Notes: generated by a model not told the origin, from the letters alone. A stretch of 32,899 nucleotides of DNA from Octopus bimaculoides (GCF_001194135.2 NC_068985.1:34594314-34627212), one strand, 5' to 3'. Counted from the first letter of the stretch, positions 11,440-22,051 are shown. A program made the numbers and translations.

Positions 11440-12080
11440 TCAATTGATTGGGAAGAGGGTTAACCTCGATGAGATTCAGTTAAGCATAGTACCAGAAAGA
11501 AGTACTACTGATGTCATTTTCCTAGTGAGACAACTACTGGTAAAATATTTGGCAAAAAACGTAAGCTACTATACCTGGCATTTGTTGACCTGGAGGAAGA
11601 CACTGACAGAGTTTACTCATTCGGTGATCAATAATCACTGATGAAGCTAGGAGTAGAGGAATGGCCTGTGTGAGCCACACAAGTCATATACAGGGGTGCT
11701 GTCAGCAAGATGAGAATTAGCAATAAATATAGTGATGAGTTTATTGTGTAGGTAGGATACAACCAAGGTTTAGTACCTTTCTACTTATCAAAGACCTCCA
11801 GTGGTGTTTAAAACTAGGTGTCCATTGGAACTCTTATATGCTGATATTCTTGTTTTAATAGCCGAAGCTGTATTAGCATTAGAAAAAAATTACAGGTGTG
11901 AAAGCAAAGCTTGGAATCAAATGGCCTCAACGTTAACTTTGGAAACATTAAAATGTTAATAAATCAGAAAACATACAAGACTCTTCTTCCATCTGGAAAA
12001 TTGCCTTATTTGATATGTAAAACAGGGATGGGTGGAAATTTGATACAATGTACTCAGTGAAGGTACATCTCACTGTAGTA
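11440..12080 (+). mobile_element. RTE LINE RT fragment (decayed)
   Basis: Reads RVNLDEIQ..STTDVIFLVRQL, then CPLELLYAD.LV and VNFGNIKML. Colinear with the other RTE copies. Confidence 0.75.
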
Positions 12081-12373
12081 ACCCCTGAAAAATTGATGAG
12101 TGTTTCATTTCCTATATGGTCAAGCTCAAATTACCCCAAGATTATGGATTTGTGGTGGTTTACATTCCTAATTGTGTATTGCTATGATATTCTGAATGAG
12201 AAAACATGTTCAATAACAAACTTAGAATCTGAAAGATTTACAAAATACTTTCATATATTGCTATAACTATGTTCCTTTAAAATTTATTTTTGAAATGTTT
12301 ATGGAACTGAAGTTTTGTACTAATTTTTATTGAATTTTCTGAATTGAAACTGTGTTTTCTGATTTTTTTGAAG

Positions 12374-12622
12374 ATCCTCCTCAAATAAACATGCATATTT
12401 TAGAAGAAAAAAATGCTACAGTAATTAATTGCACTCTATTTGATATGAATCCAGCAACTAATAAATACATACTGAAGCAAAAATGGGGAAATACTACCAA
12501 GAATACTTATGATACAAATGTATTTATAAAAAATCCTTCTTTTAATAATGCTGGTACATGGGAGTGTCATATAAGCAATGAAAATTTTTGTATGAGTAAA
12601 CCATTAAACTACAAAATTCCAG
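12374..12622 (+). CDS. Ig receptor exon D: Ig domain ending at a non-canonical GC donor
   Basis: Acceptor ttttttgaag, phase 1-1, 249 nt. Reads YPPQI..VINC..NAGTWECHISN. Ends CAG|GCAAGT, and no in-phase GT donor was seen at the domain end. Confidence 0.75.
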
Positions 12623-12733
12623 GCAAGTATTTTACAAAGCCACAATTTATTTTTAAAAAACATTTACGAGTTAATTGTTATTTTTAGAAGGTAAAATTGT
12701 TCAGTTATTTAATAAATTTCATCCCATTAGAAG

Positions 12734-14596
12734 GGTGTTAGGACAGTATTTCGTTGTAGGACAGTTATTTCATTGTTGGTTAATTTGTTCCTAGTCAATT
12801 CGTCATTTATCAATTCATCCCCAGGTCAATTTGTTGCTGGCCAATTCATCCCAAAATACTCTTAAACACTCTTAAATGTGATTTTCAAGGGAAAGTTTAG
12901 AACAATCACTTTAGAATCAAAATTGTTGTTGGACAGTTTTAGATATTTTTTCCTTTCTTTACACCCCACCTCTCTTTTAAGTATTTGCACTGAACAGTTT
13001 ATGAAAAAAGATTTTCAACCAAACCGAATTAAATTTATTCCCTACGCCTACCCATCAACATGACTATCTCCAAGATCATAACTTCAAAGTGGTCAATCAA
13101 TAAAATTATATATATACAAAAAATAAGCAGAATGCAGATGGATTGAAGATATATTGGAGGTGCAAAAATTGTGTGTGAAAGGTGAAACTTAAGAAGATTG
13201 GGATCTATAATCACACTTCAGCTGCTGCAGAGGTAAATGCAAGGATAATAGTTTCAAATATTAAAGTAAAGTTTATTTCATCTTGTGGTGCCCATCGCTC
13301 AGTTATCGCTAGTGGAGTTCAGAATTTAAACAACTGTACATTGTCACAAACACCTCTGTTTGCACAGCTTAATAGGAATATTAGACGTTGGAAGCAAGCT
13401 GATTCCAACTACCCTGCCACCTCACTTACAAATGTTGGGTTTTCCATTCCAAGTGAATACTCCTACCTTCACAATGAAACGCTTTTACAGTATGACAGTG
13501 GAATGGAAAATTCAAAATGCATACTAATATTTGCAAGTGACAAAGCATTTCAAAAGTTAAAACAACATAAGAGCTGGGCAGCAGATGGAACATTTAAGTG
13601 CTGCTCTCGTATATTTTTTCAGTTATGCATACTTCACATTCAAATTGATAATTTTAATGCCCCACAATTGTGTGCATTGCTCTCTGACAAAAGTCAAGAC
13701 ACATATAGTAGACTTTTTGCTAAAATAAATGAATTACTGCAGAATGAGGGACCTAACAATATGATTATGGATTTTGAAAAAGCAGCCCATAACAGACTTC
13801 TGGAATCGCTTCCTGGGTCGAATTTGGTATTCTGCTTGTTTCATTTAGGACAAAATGTGTACAAGCATGTCATGCAAGAAGGACCTAAATGCAGATATCA
13901 TGAAGGTGGTAGTTTTAGTCTAAAAATGCGGTGTTTTGTTGTCCTTGCCTTCCTGACAGTTGATGTTGTAGTAGATGGATATGAACAACTTGTAGATGAT
14001 GATGATATTCCACAGTCACTTGTATCCTATTTTGAAAATAATTTTATAGGACCACCTGGAGGAAGAGGACAGAAGGGATAATGCTTTGAACCTCCATTTT
14101 CATTGCCTATATGAAATGTTTGGGATCTATGTATGACAGGGATTGCTCATACTACAAATAGTTTAGAAGCCTACCACAACATGCTGAAAAACATAGTGAA
14201 TATTAGTCATCCAAATATTTGGAAACTTATTGATGTGATTAAATATGAGGAAAGGTTTGCTAGTACTAAACTGCAGAAGTTCATGCAAGGAGAAGAACCA
14301 AGCCAAAAGAAATAATACAGAGATTTGAATCTGTGTATAAAAAATGTCATGGAAAAATATGATTCAAGCCCCAAAATTATTTTTCTACAAATAATTCCAC
14401 ACAATCTTAAATTTTTAAGAAAAAATAACTATGTAATACAGCAGACCTTAAAATAAGCATTTTAAAATTTAGATATTCATTCTTCCATTTTTCCTATGAT
14501 CTCAATGGATTAACTGACAACAAATTGACCTAGGGGCAAACTGACCAACTATAAATTAAACCATAACAAATTGCCATTGACGAATTGACAGACACC
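12734..14596 (+). mobile_element. Mutator/MULE DNA transposon, near full length, transposase disrupted
   Basis: ORF 13182-14081 has the MULE domain (WAADGTF..MDFEKA..CLFHLGQ), continued by 14133-14315 (TTNSLEAYHN). FLYWCH-like YWRC lies upstream. Termini GGTG..CACC with related gtcaatt/ccaggtcaatttgttg subterminal repeats. ATTAGAAG flanks at 12726-12733 and 14597-14604. Confidence 0.8.
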
Positions 14597-16465
14597 ATTA
14601 GAAGAGTGTTGGATTTTGTTTCTTTTTATGTATATCAATAAAATTGATAATTTTTAACTATAACCTTCAGGAAAGGTTTAATATGTAAATACTTAAGAAT
14701 TGTAGTTTTAATAAATTCATTTCATCAAATTTTCTCCAAAAGAACTGAAACTGTTTACAAGTAAATTTTAAGCATTCATATTATATATTGAAGTAGTTGC
14801 CTTGTTGAGTTTTCTTATTATTTAGTTTGTTCCATTTTAACTGTCTATTGTATGCCAAAACAAAGAATATATAGCAAATTAATTTACCAGGCAAGAACAA
14901 CAAATATTTCTTGTTACAGTATTACAAATTATAAAGATATACAATTTTGGCTACTAAATTATTTATTTTTTAAATGTTACAATAGACCTTTCCAAAAACT
15001 TACCTAAAACTTTTAGTAGCATGGAGTTTTCATTTAAATTCTATATCATGTTATATTTGTTAGCTTCAGAAAGAAAAGAAATATCTATATCATGTTTATA
15101 TCTTTATGAATGACACTGTAACATAAAAGTGATGGTTTCTAGAATGTCTACCACTTCAGATGCTTTGTGGTATTATCACTATATTGACTGTTTCTGAGTA
15201 GTATTGGAGAGATTGTTTTTATTGGAGGTGGCACATATTTTGATTTAAGTGAACTTTGAAAAGAGAAAATTCAAAACTTGTAGCGAATTTGTCAATTTGC
15301 AAGAACTATTTCAGGTGATATCTATGACAATATCAGATAATAAAAATTGCTTCCTAAATTATGATAAATCTCAAAATCTCTAAAGTGAGATATAATACAA
15401 TATAAATATAAATATAATTCCAGCTTCTTTGAAAATATTTCTTTTTATGTTACATATTGGACTCTTATCTCTGATCAAATATATGAAACTAATCAACAAG
15501 TAAAATTACCTTTTAAATAACATTTGAGACTATTAACCTGACTTGCTAATTTAAGTGATCAAGGCCTGTTTTATACTTAAAAGCGATAATGGTAACATCT
15601 TAAGTAATGAGTAGAATTGAAAAGTAACTGATTGAATGTCTGTTATGTATAGGAAGTTAAACTGGATATGATATAGGTAGCTAGTATGACAGATTTGACT
15701 GCTGTATGCATATGTCCATATTATTGGGTTAGTTAAAAAGTGGTGAATAAGACTCTTTGACAAAGTTGCCAGATGTCTAATAAGTAAGAGTTTGTGTTAC
15801 TAGAATTGAGAGTGATAAAAACTTATATTGTGTAAAGGTGTATTTTACTCTATTATTGATTTTCATATTGAAGTCTCATATGTATGAATTTCTTTCAGGT
15901 GATGTATTATTGTTTGTATTATAGTAGAACAGATTGCTGTAAAGCATTCACTGGTAGATAATGTACATGGTTTAGTGGTGTGTAAAATTGAGAGGGTCTT
16001 TCACAAGAATCCAAATTGTGTTTGGCATTTGACAGGTTATTCAGATATTTTACATACTTACTACAACAGATTGTTAAAATAAAATTTAGAGTAATGCAGG
16101 TAGTTGGGTGACTTGATCAGGTGGAATGTGATAAGACAATGTTAGAGGATCCTCTGGGACCATACACTGTAAAATATACTATGGTTGCTGTGTAGAGTTT
16201 GTATTTAAATAGGATGGTAAGCAAGAGTTAGTTTGAGTTCTAGGGATTCTAATTTGAAGGTGAAATGGTACAGATACTTAGAATTGTCAATATTTTAGCC
16301 CTAAATACTAGCTGAATCAGTCTGGAAGTAAATTTCTGTCATCAGATTGTTTGGTTTACATTTTATTATTTTCATTTATATTTTGAAAATTTAGAAATCT
16401 TCTATTCCAAATTTACATAATATATTATTTTCTCTTTCACTATTTTTTTTATTTTTTCCCACTAG

Positions 16466-16758
16466 TGAGACCTATTCTCAGTTCAATAGCAAGTGATCCT
16501 AAAAAGAGAAGTGTTTCAAATGGAGAATCTGTAATTTTGAAACAGTGTTTTTATTCTCATCCAAAATCTGATGTAAAATGGCAAAAGAATGAGGAATTAA
16601 TTGACTCAAACAAATATTTAACAAGTGGTTTTGTATCAAGTGAGTTTCCTTTCAAAAGAAGCTGTACTAGTTTAAAGATAATGATTTTGGTACTTATACC
16701 TTAACAGTGGAAAACTCCAAAGGAAAAGAAATAATTACTTTTGCCTTGAGATCTAAAG
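16466..16758 (+). CDS. Ig receptor exon E: I-set-like Ig domain with a frameshift near 16677-16680 (possible pseudo-exon or assembly error)
   Basis: Acceptor ttttttcccactag, donor G|gtaaat, 293 nt (not 3n). Frame 1 reads VRP..LKQCFYSHPKSDVKWQK..SCTSLKI and stops at 16702-16704. The -1 frame carries DNDFGTYTLTVENSKGKEIITFALRSK up to the donor. Confidence 0.75.
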
Positions 16759-17283
16759 GTAAATTGTTAAATGTTTTAATATTCTTTAATCACTTATTGA
16801 ATATTGTTTTATATAGAATTATTTAGAATTCATTAATTCATTGTAAAGTATTTAAGATTCTGCTTTTAGTTCATGTGTTAAAATTAACTGTATGTTATGA
16901 AGATGGATGGTCAATTTTAGCTTTGTTTCTTCTTTAAGCACTTTTAGGTAAACATTTGTAGGTAAACATTTGTAGGTAAGCATAATTTCCTTTCCAGAAA
17001 TATTTTAGAAAATTGCTGGTAGCAAAACTTCCACACGAAAACCATACTCTGAACTCTGATAATGAAGTTTTCTGGTCAATTAAATATTTAATTTTATTCA
17101 TTTAACTAATTTCTACATAATTAGAGTGGAGTTGATTTGGATGTGGTTAAACTTCCAGTTGAAATATGAAAACAGTGAATTGATGCATGTAAATAATAAA
17201 ATTTTATGTCTTTTTGGCCCTTTTCTGGTCCAAATTGGCTAAACCTGTTAAGTTATTTTTTTTATAAGATTCCCTATGCCTCC

Positions 17284-17495
17284 TTAACCATTTTGTTACC
17301 ATATTTCTGTTGAGATACTCTGTCTTTCAATTGATTTTAAATATAACAAAGAATTTAGTAAAATAACTTAGTTATCATTAAGCTAGTGTTATGAACATAA
17401 ATTGTGACTAAGGTTTGATTGAAGATTTTAATTCAGAACTTCTGAAAATAAGATATTTGTACTACAGATACAGAGGCAGTTTCAGACAGGGTTAA
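17284..17495. mobile_element. piggyBac-like MITE
   Basis: Begins TTAA-CCATTT and ends CAGGG-TTAA; 212 bp, non-coding and AT-rich. TTAA plus CCC/GGG termini are the piggyBac hallmark (one mismatch at the left end). Confidence 0.55.
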
Positions 17496-17967
17496 AGAAT
17501 ATTTGACAAATTTGTCAGTTGTAGACATATATTTGGATTGCTGTAGTATAGTGAATTAAATGATGACAAGTGACACCAAAGCAACACTAAGGAGGAAAAT
17601 TTACAAAAATTATATCGGAACCAGTCTGAGACAGGATACAACTGACTACAGTAAATTAGAGTTGATTACTTGAAGATTATGGTTAATCTGTGATTTCATT
17701 AGTTAAATAAGAAGGTTGAGAGCAGAACTGGGGGAAACTTTCATTATGAAGGATGAATTGAGATGTAAAGAATCTGTGGGACACATCTGCACTGAGTAAA
17801 ATAACAAATCTTTAAATTTGCAAATTGATAAGTGTGCTACACGTAGTAAATTACTGTTTTGGTCTTCAGTTTGAATTAATTTTTTTTCATATAACTTTTT
17901 ATAAGCATTGTCACTGAGCAATTTCAAAATTGAATGTTGGTGGAAAGTTCTCCAACCCAATCAAGAC

Positions 17968-18170
17968 CATCATCATTTAGTGTCCAGTTTTCATACTGGC
18001 ATGGGCTGAACAGTTTAACAGATTCTGACAACCTGTAGAGCTGTGTCAGGCCCCAATATCAACTTTGGTACAGTTTCTGCTGCTGGATGCCCTTTCTAAC
18101 ACCAGTCACTTTACAGTGTGTACTGGGTGCTTTTTTGTTTTCATGATATCAGCACAAATGAGGTCACCAA
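17968..18170 (-). mobile_element. SINE / RTE-derived 3' end
   Basis: (CAT)n tail then reverse complement of the 6665-6992 3' end (ggatgccctttctaacacc). Confidence 0.7.
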
Positions 18171-18639
18171 GTAACATACAAGGCAATGTAAAGAAAGGAA
18201 AGATAAAAAACTCCCTCTTTTGCATAGGGATGTATCACAGAGAGGTGGGGGGGGATAGTTTTATTTCAGGTGTTCATAAAGGAACAGGCACAAGTGTCTT
18301 GCTGTAGAGGAGAATGCAGACTATGAATCAGGGGTAAAGGAAAAAGCAAATAATTTCATAAGAGTATGAGAAGAGAATGACAGATGATTTGACATTGGAC
18401 TAGAGGTAGACTGGTGAAAAAGGAAAAGGTGAATTTGATGGTATATATATCAGTATGGAGGAGGAGATGAGAGATAAAAGTGACTCAGGAAGGAAGAGGT
18501 GACAAACAGTAACACAGGAGGTGAGGAGAGTAGTGGTATCATATATCTAGGGTTAGATCTGAAAGTAGGGTGATGTGCTGCAGTTGATCCCTGTCTTGAA
18601 CAGACTGCAGCTGTCATATTGACCTTCAGACCTTTTGTC

Positions 18640-19105
18640 TCTTGAATGGTGCTTTTTACATGCCACTAGGGCCGGAGCCAGTCAGGTGGCACTGACAACG
18701 ACTATGCTCAGATGGTGCTTTTTACATGCTATCGGCATGGGACCAATCAGCTGGCATTGGCATCAACCATGCTTAAATGGTGTTTTTTATGTGCCACCAG
18801 CATGGGAGCCAGTCAGGCAGTACTGGCATTGACTACATTCGAATGGTGCTTTTTACATGCCACCAGCACAGGTGCCAATCAGGCTGTACTGGCATTGACT
18901 ATGACAATGACTCCACTTGACTCAACAGGTCTTCGCAAGTGCAGTTTATTGCCCAATGATTGAAGGGTACTCTTAAATGGACTGGTTATGCTGCGCTGGT
19001 ATAGGCCATGGTTACAGTCTCACTTGGCTTGCCAGATTTTCTCAAGCACAGCATATCTCTAAAGGTCTCAGTCACTTGTCATCACCTCCGTGAGGCCCAA
19101 CATTT
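18640..19105 (-). repeat. RTE/SINE 3'-UTR segment containing four tandem 65-66-bp units
   Basis: The unit start atggtgctttttacatgcc (with variants) recurs at 18646, 18712, 18777 and 18843. It is followed by sequence shared with 25180-25400. Confidence 0.75.
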
Positions 19106-19711
19106 CTTCCTTTATTAAAAGCAAAAGAATTTGTAGCTTCCTATGAAAGACAGATGGTATAGTGCATTTATGAGGAGTTGAAATGATGCATGGAAGAATG
19201 ATATGAACATTGGTTAGGAATGGAATTAATATCATTTGATGGATACTGAGAGCTGAGAAATTGATTGTTTTTAGTGGGTGTATTAAGGAAAACCATTTTT
19301 TGTTGGATTAGGTGTGAGATGGAAAGGAAAATGGAAGTGGAATGAAATGGTGGTATAATAAGGACACCCTGAGGAAAAACTATAAAGAAATTTTCAGGTA
19401 TGACCTGAAAACAGTGAGCTTTATAATGCATTACTATTATGCAACATAGGTCATATCTATAAATTTTTTAGCCAAGATTTTGTGTTACAATGATTGTAAA
19501 CAAATTGTCTGTACAATATCTGTGCTGATATAAAAAAAAAGGTGCACAACTGTATGTGCATTTTTATTGTTTTTGAAGTTTTCAGCTGCAACTGTGTACC
19601 CCAGTATCTATTGATCTTACAATATTGGACAAATAATTAGTGAAAAATTTTTCATAACCCTTTATCTTTTTAAAGTATTTAATACAGGGTCTTTTTAATA
19701 TATCTTTTCAG

Positions 19712-19816
19712 AAGTAACAGAAATTCCTTTGAAAACAATTATTGGTTGCACTGTAGGAATTGTATTATTATTAATAATTTTGGGGCTTCTTGCTTATAAA
19801 TGCTACAAAATAAGAG
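19712..19816 (+). CDS. Ig receptor transmembrane exon
   Basis: Acceptor atcttttcag, phase 1. Reads EVTEIPLKT-IIGCTVGIVLLLIILGLLAY-KCYKIR, a 20-aa hydrophobic helix followed by basic residues. Donor G|gttggt (alternative gtatgt at 19821). Confidence 0.8.
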
Positions 19817-19926
19817 GTTGGTATGTTTCACACATTATTAAGATTTGTTAATTACATTGAGATATCTATTCTTAAAACTCTTCTACCTGACTGGACATGG
19901 TTAAATAGATGTTGGAATTTGTGTTT

Positions 19927-20075
19927 ATGTATGTATGTATGTATGTGTGTATGTATGTATGTATGTATGTATGTATGTATGTATGTATTATGTATTATGT
20001 ATGTATGTATGTATGTATGTATGTATGTATGTGTGTGTGTTGTGTGTGTCTGTATTGTGTGTGTGTGTGTGTGTG
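19927..20075. repeat. (TATG)n / (TG)n microsatellite
   Basis: Directly visible. Confidence 0.95.
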
Positions 20076-20144
20076 AATCTATGTATTTAGTGTTGACTGT
20101 TGGAAGTATCATAGTAGGGATTGAATATACTTCTATTTTAATCA

Positions 20145-20220
20145 AGTCAGTTTCTTACTACTCTGGAGTTTTGCCGCTGAATACACATGGGTGAAATTCT
20201 AGAGTAGCAAGAAACTGACT
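20145..20220. repeat. Hairpin with 27-bp inverted arms and a 22-nt loop
   Basis: agtcagtttcttactactctggagttt versus aaattctagagtagcaagaaactgact; 3 mismatches. Confidence 0.8.
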
Positions 20221-20861
20221 GAAGTAATATACACATATAAACATACATACACACTTCATCAGTACAACATCTATACACACACACATACACACACACACAC
20301 TCACATACACATACACACACACATACAGACACACATATGTATGTGTGTGTGTATATATATATATATATATAAATATAGGATAGTGGTACAACAATGCTCC
20401 AATATTTACTGGAAATAGCAGTTGATAATATAAGACGCTATAGTAAAGCTTTACTGTGTGTATATGTATATATATATATATATATAAAATACAAAATGGG
20501 ACAAGAATGCAAAACATCCAGACAGTTAGGTGATACAAAAAAGGGACAACAAAACATCCAGAAAGACGATACAAAGAAAACAAGGACGGGTCATTCAGAT
20601 TTTTCTTTCCTCAGTCAAGTTCCAGATTATCTTTGCAATTTCGGCTGGTTATATTCGAGATTGCTCCAATCTGGCCAGCTCCAAGGAAAAACTAAGCTAA
20701 GAGCATTAGATTCCTTGGAAGAAAGCAGTGAATGTATACGAAAACAAGGATGGAAAAAAAACTCAGAGAATGTTACACAGATACAAGTACAAATAACAGG
20801 ACATAACAATAGATGTCTTTCGACTAAGGACAAATGAAATTAAGCTGGTGTGTGTGGAAGT

Positions 20862-20962
20862 AAAGCCTTATGGCAGGTTGTCCAAGGTGCCGTGCAGTAG
20901 GACTGAACCCAGAACCATGTGGTTTGTAAGCAAGCTACTTACAACACAACCATTCCTATGCC
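20862..20962 (-). mobile_element. tRNA-derived SINE 5' head
   Basis: Reverse complement reads aggcataggaatggttgtgttgtaagtagcttgc...ggttctgggttcagtcc..ggcaccttgg, with A/B-box-like motifs. Same family as 22059-22171. Confidence 0.7.
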
Positions 20963-20965
20963 TAT

Positions 20966-21010
<45 letters not shown>

Positions 21011-21025
21011 ATATATATATATGTG

Positions 21026-21072
<47 letters not shown>

Positions 21073-21162
21073 TAGCAAAAATGTTTGCAGGCAGTGAACA
21101 TAAAAAAATTTCATCTTACCTGTAGGAAGAACATTAAATAAATGTACAACCCAGATGTGGAT

Positions 21163-21238
21163 AATCTAAGACCTAGGTTCTGAACTTCCCAAATCACATT
21201 TGTTAACGTAAATTTTATTAGTTCTCATCAGCTAGATT
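21163..21238 (-). ncRNA. Type I hammerhead motif, family 2 (degenerate)
   Basis: Reverse complement reads AAUCUAG-CUGAUGA-GAACU..AGUUC-AGAAC-CUAG-GUC-UUAGAUU. The GAAAC box is mutated. Confidence 0.6.
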
Positions 21239-21438
21239 CACCTAGACAAAAATTTTCAACTGTCACTACTTTAATCTGATGGTGCTTTGTTTTACTGGGA
21301 AGCAATACTACTGTATTGCCTTATTTAATGATTTTTTCTTTGAAAACTTTTTCACTGTTCTCAGTTTTTTAATGTCTAGGTGTTCAGACAAGTAAATACT
21401 GGCATTGATGTAGGAACTGTTGAAATTTTCACTAGGTG

Positions 21439-21514
21439 AATCTAGCCAATGAGAACTAATCAAATTTATGTTAACAAACGTAATTTGAAAAGTTCAAAAC
21501 CTAGGTCCTAGATT
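21439..21514 (+). ncRNA. Type I hammerhead motif, family 2 (degenerate)
   Basis: AAUCUAG-CCAAUGA-GAACU..AGUUC-AAAAC-CUAG-GUC-CUAGAUU. Perfect 7-bp stem I, but both core boxes are mutated. Confidence 0.55.
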
Positions 21515-21603
21515 ATCCACATCTGGGTTGTACATTTATTTAATATTCTTCCTATAGGTAGGATGGAATTTTTCAAGTTCACTGCTTGCAAACATTTTTG
21601 TCA

Positions 21604-21641
<38 letters not shown>

Positions 21642-21794
21642 GAAAGCTTTACTATAGTGTCATATATTATCGACTGCTATTTCTAGTAAATATTGGTGCG
21701 TTATTGTACCACTACCCTATGTTAATGCTTTAACCTGATGGTGCTTTATTTTACTGGGAAGCAATACTACTGTATTGCACTACTCAATAATTTT

Positions 21795-22018
21795 ATTTAC
21801 TCTTTTACTCTTTTACTTGTTTCAGTCATTTGACTGTGGCCTTGCTGGAGCACTGCCTTTAGTCAAGCAAATCGACCCCAGGACTTAATCCTTGTAAGCC
21901 TAGTACTTATTCTATTGGTCCCTTTTGCTGAACCATTAAGTCACGGGGACGTAAACACACCAGCATCGGTTTTCAAGTGATGTTGGGGGAACAAACACAG
22001 ACACAAACATATATACAT

Positions 22019-22051
<33 letters not shown>

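Larger units (their letters stand above)
21070..21606. mobile_element. Second fold-back element with an HHR motif in each arm, embedded in (TA)n
   Basis: Inverted arms at about 21070-21260 and 21419-21606, spacer about 158 nt, (TA)n on both sides. Confidence 0.75.

Noticed and set aside
13182-14081. Longest ORF (299 aa) as a domesticated host gene
   Set aside because: It starts at a non-ATG codon after an upstream stop, is frameshifted before the C-terminal part, and lies within TIR/TSD-bounded MULE sequence.
15315-15345. Possible alternative terminal exon GDIYDNIR* followed by AATAAA
   Set aside because: The acceptor has a weak pyrimidine tract and such short matches are expected by chance in AT-rich intron. 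It needs cDNA evidence.
16633-16670. Mini-intron that might repair the exon E frameshift (gtgagt at 16640 or gtatca at 16633 to tag at 16670)
   Set aside because: The 31-nt version gives ATT TAA (stop). The 38-nt version restores frame but has a poor donor, no pyrimidine tract, and would delete the E strand.
18646-18905. CRISPR-like regular spacing
   Set aside because: Whole units are homologous with no unique spacers, there are no cas genes, and the context is eukaryotic.
20575-20690. HHR-like CTGAGGA..GAAT..GTC and cagccGAAA on the - strand of a repeat at about 20490-20840
   Set aside because: The core spacing is wrong and stem I does not pair. Probably a repeat terminus, but not supportable as a ribozyme.
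21276-21320. CTGATGG..GAAGCAATAC..GTA as a further hammerhead (copy at about 21735)
   Set aside because: Both core boxes deviate identically in both copies and there is no stem I pairing.
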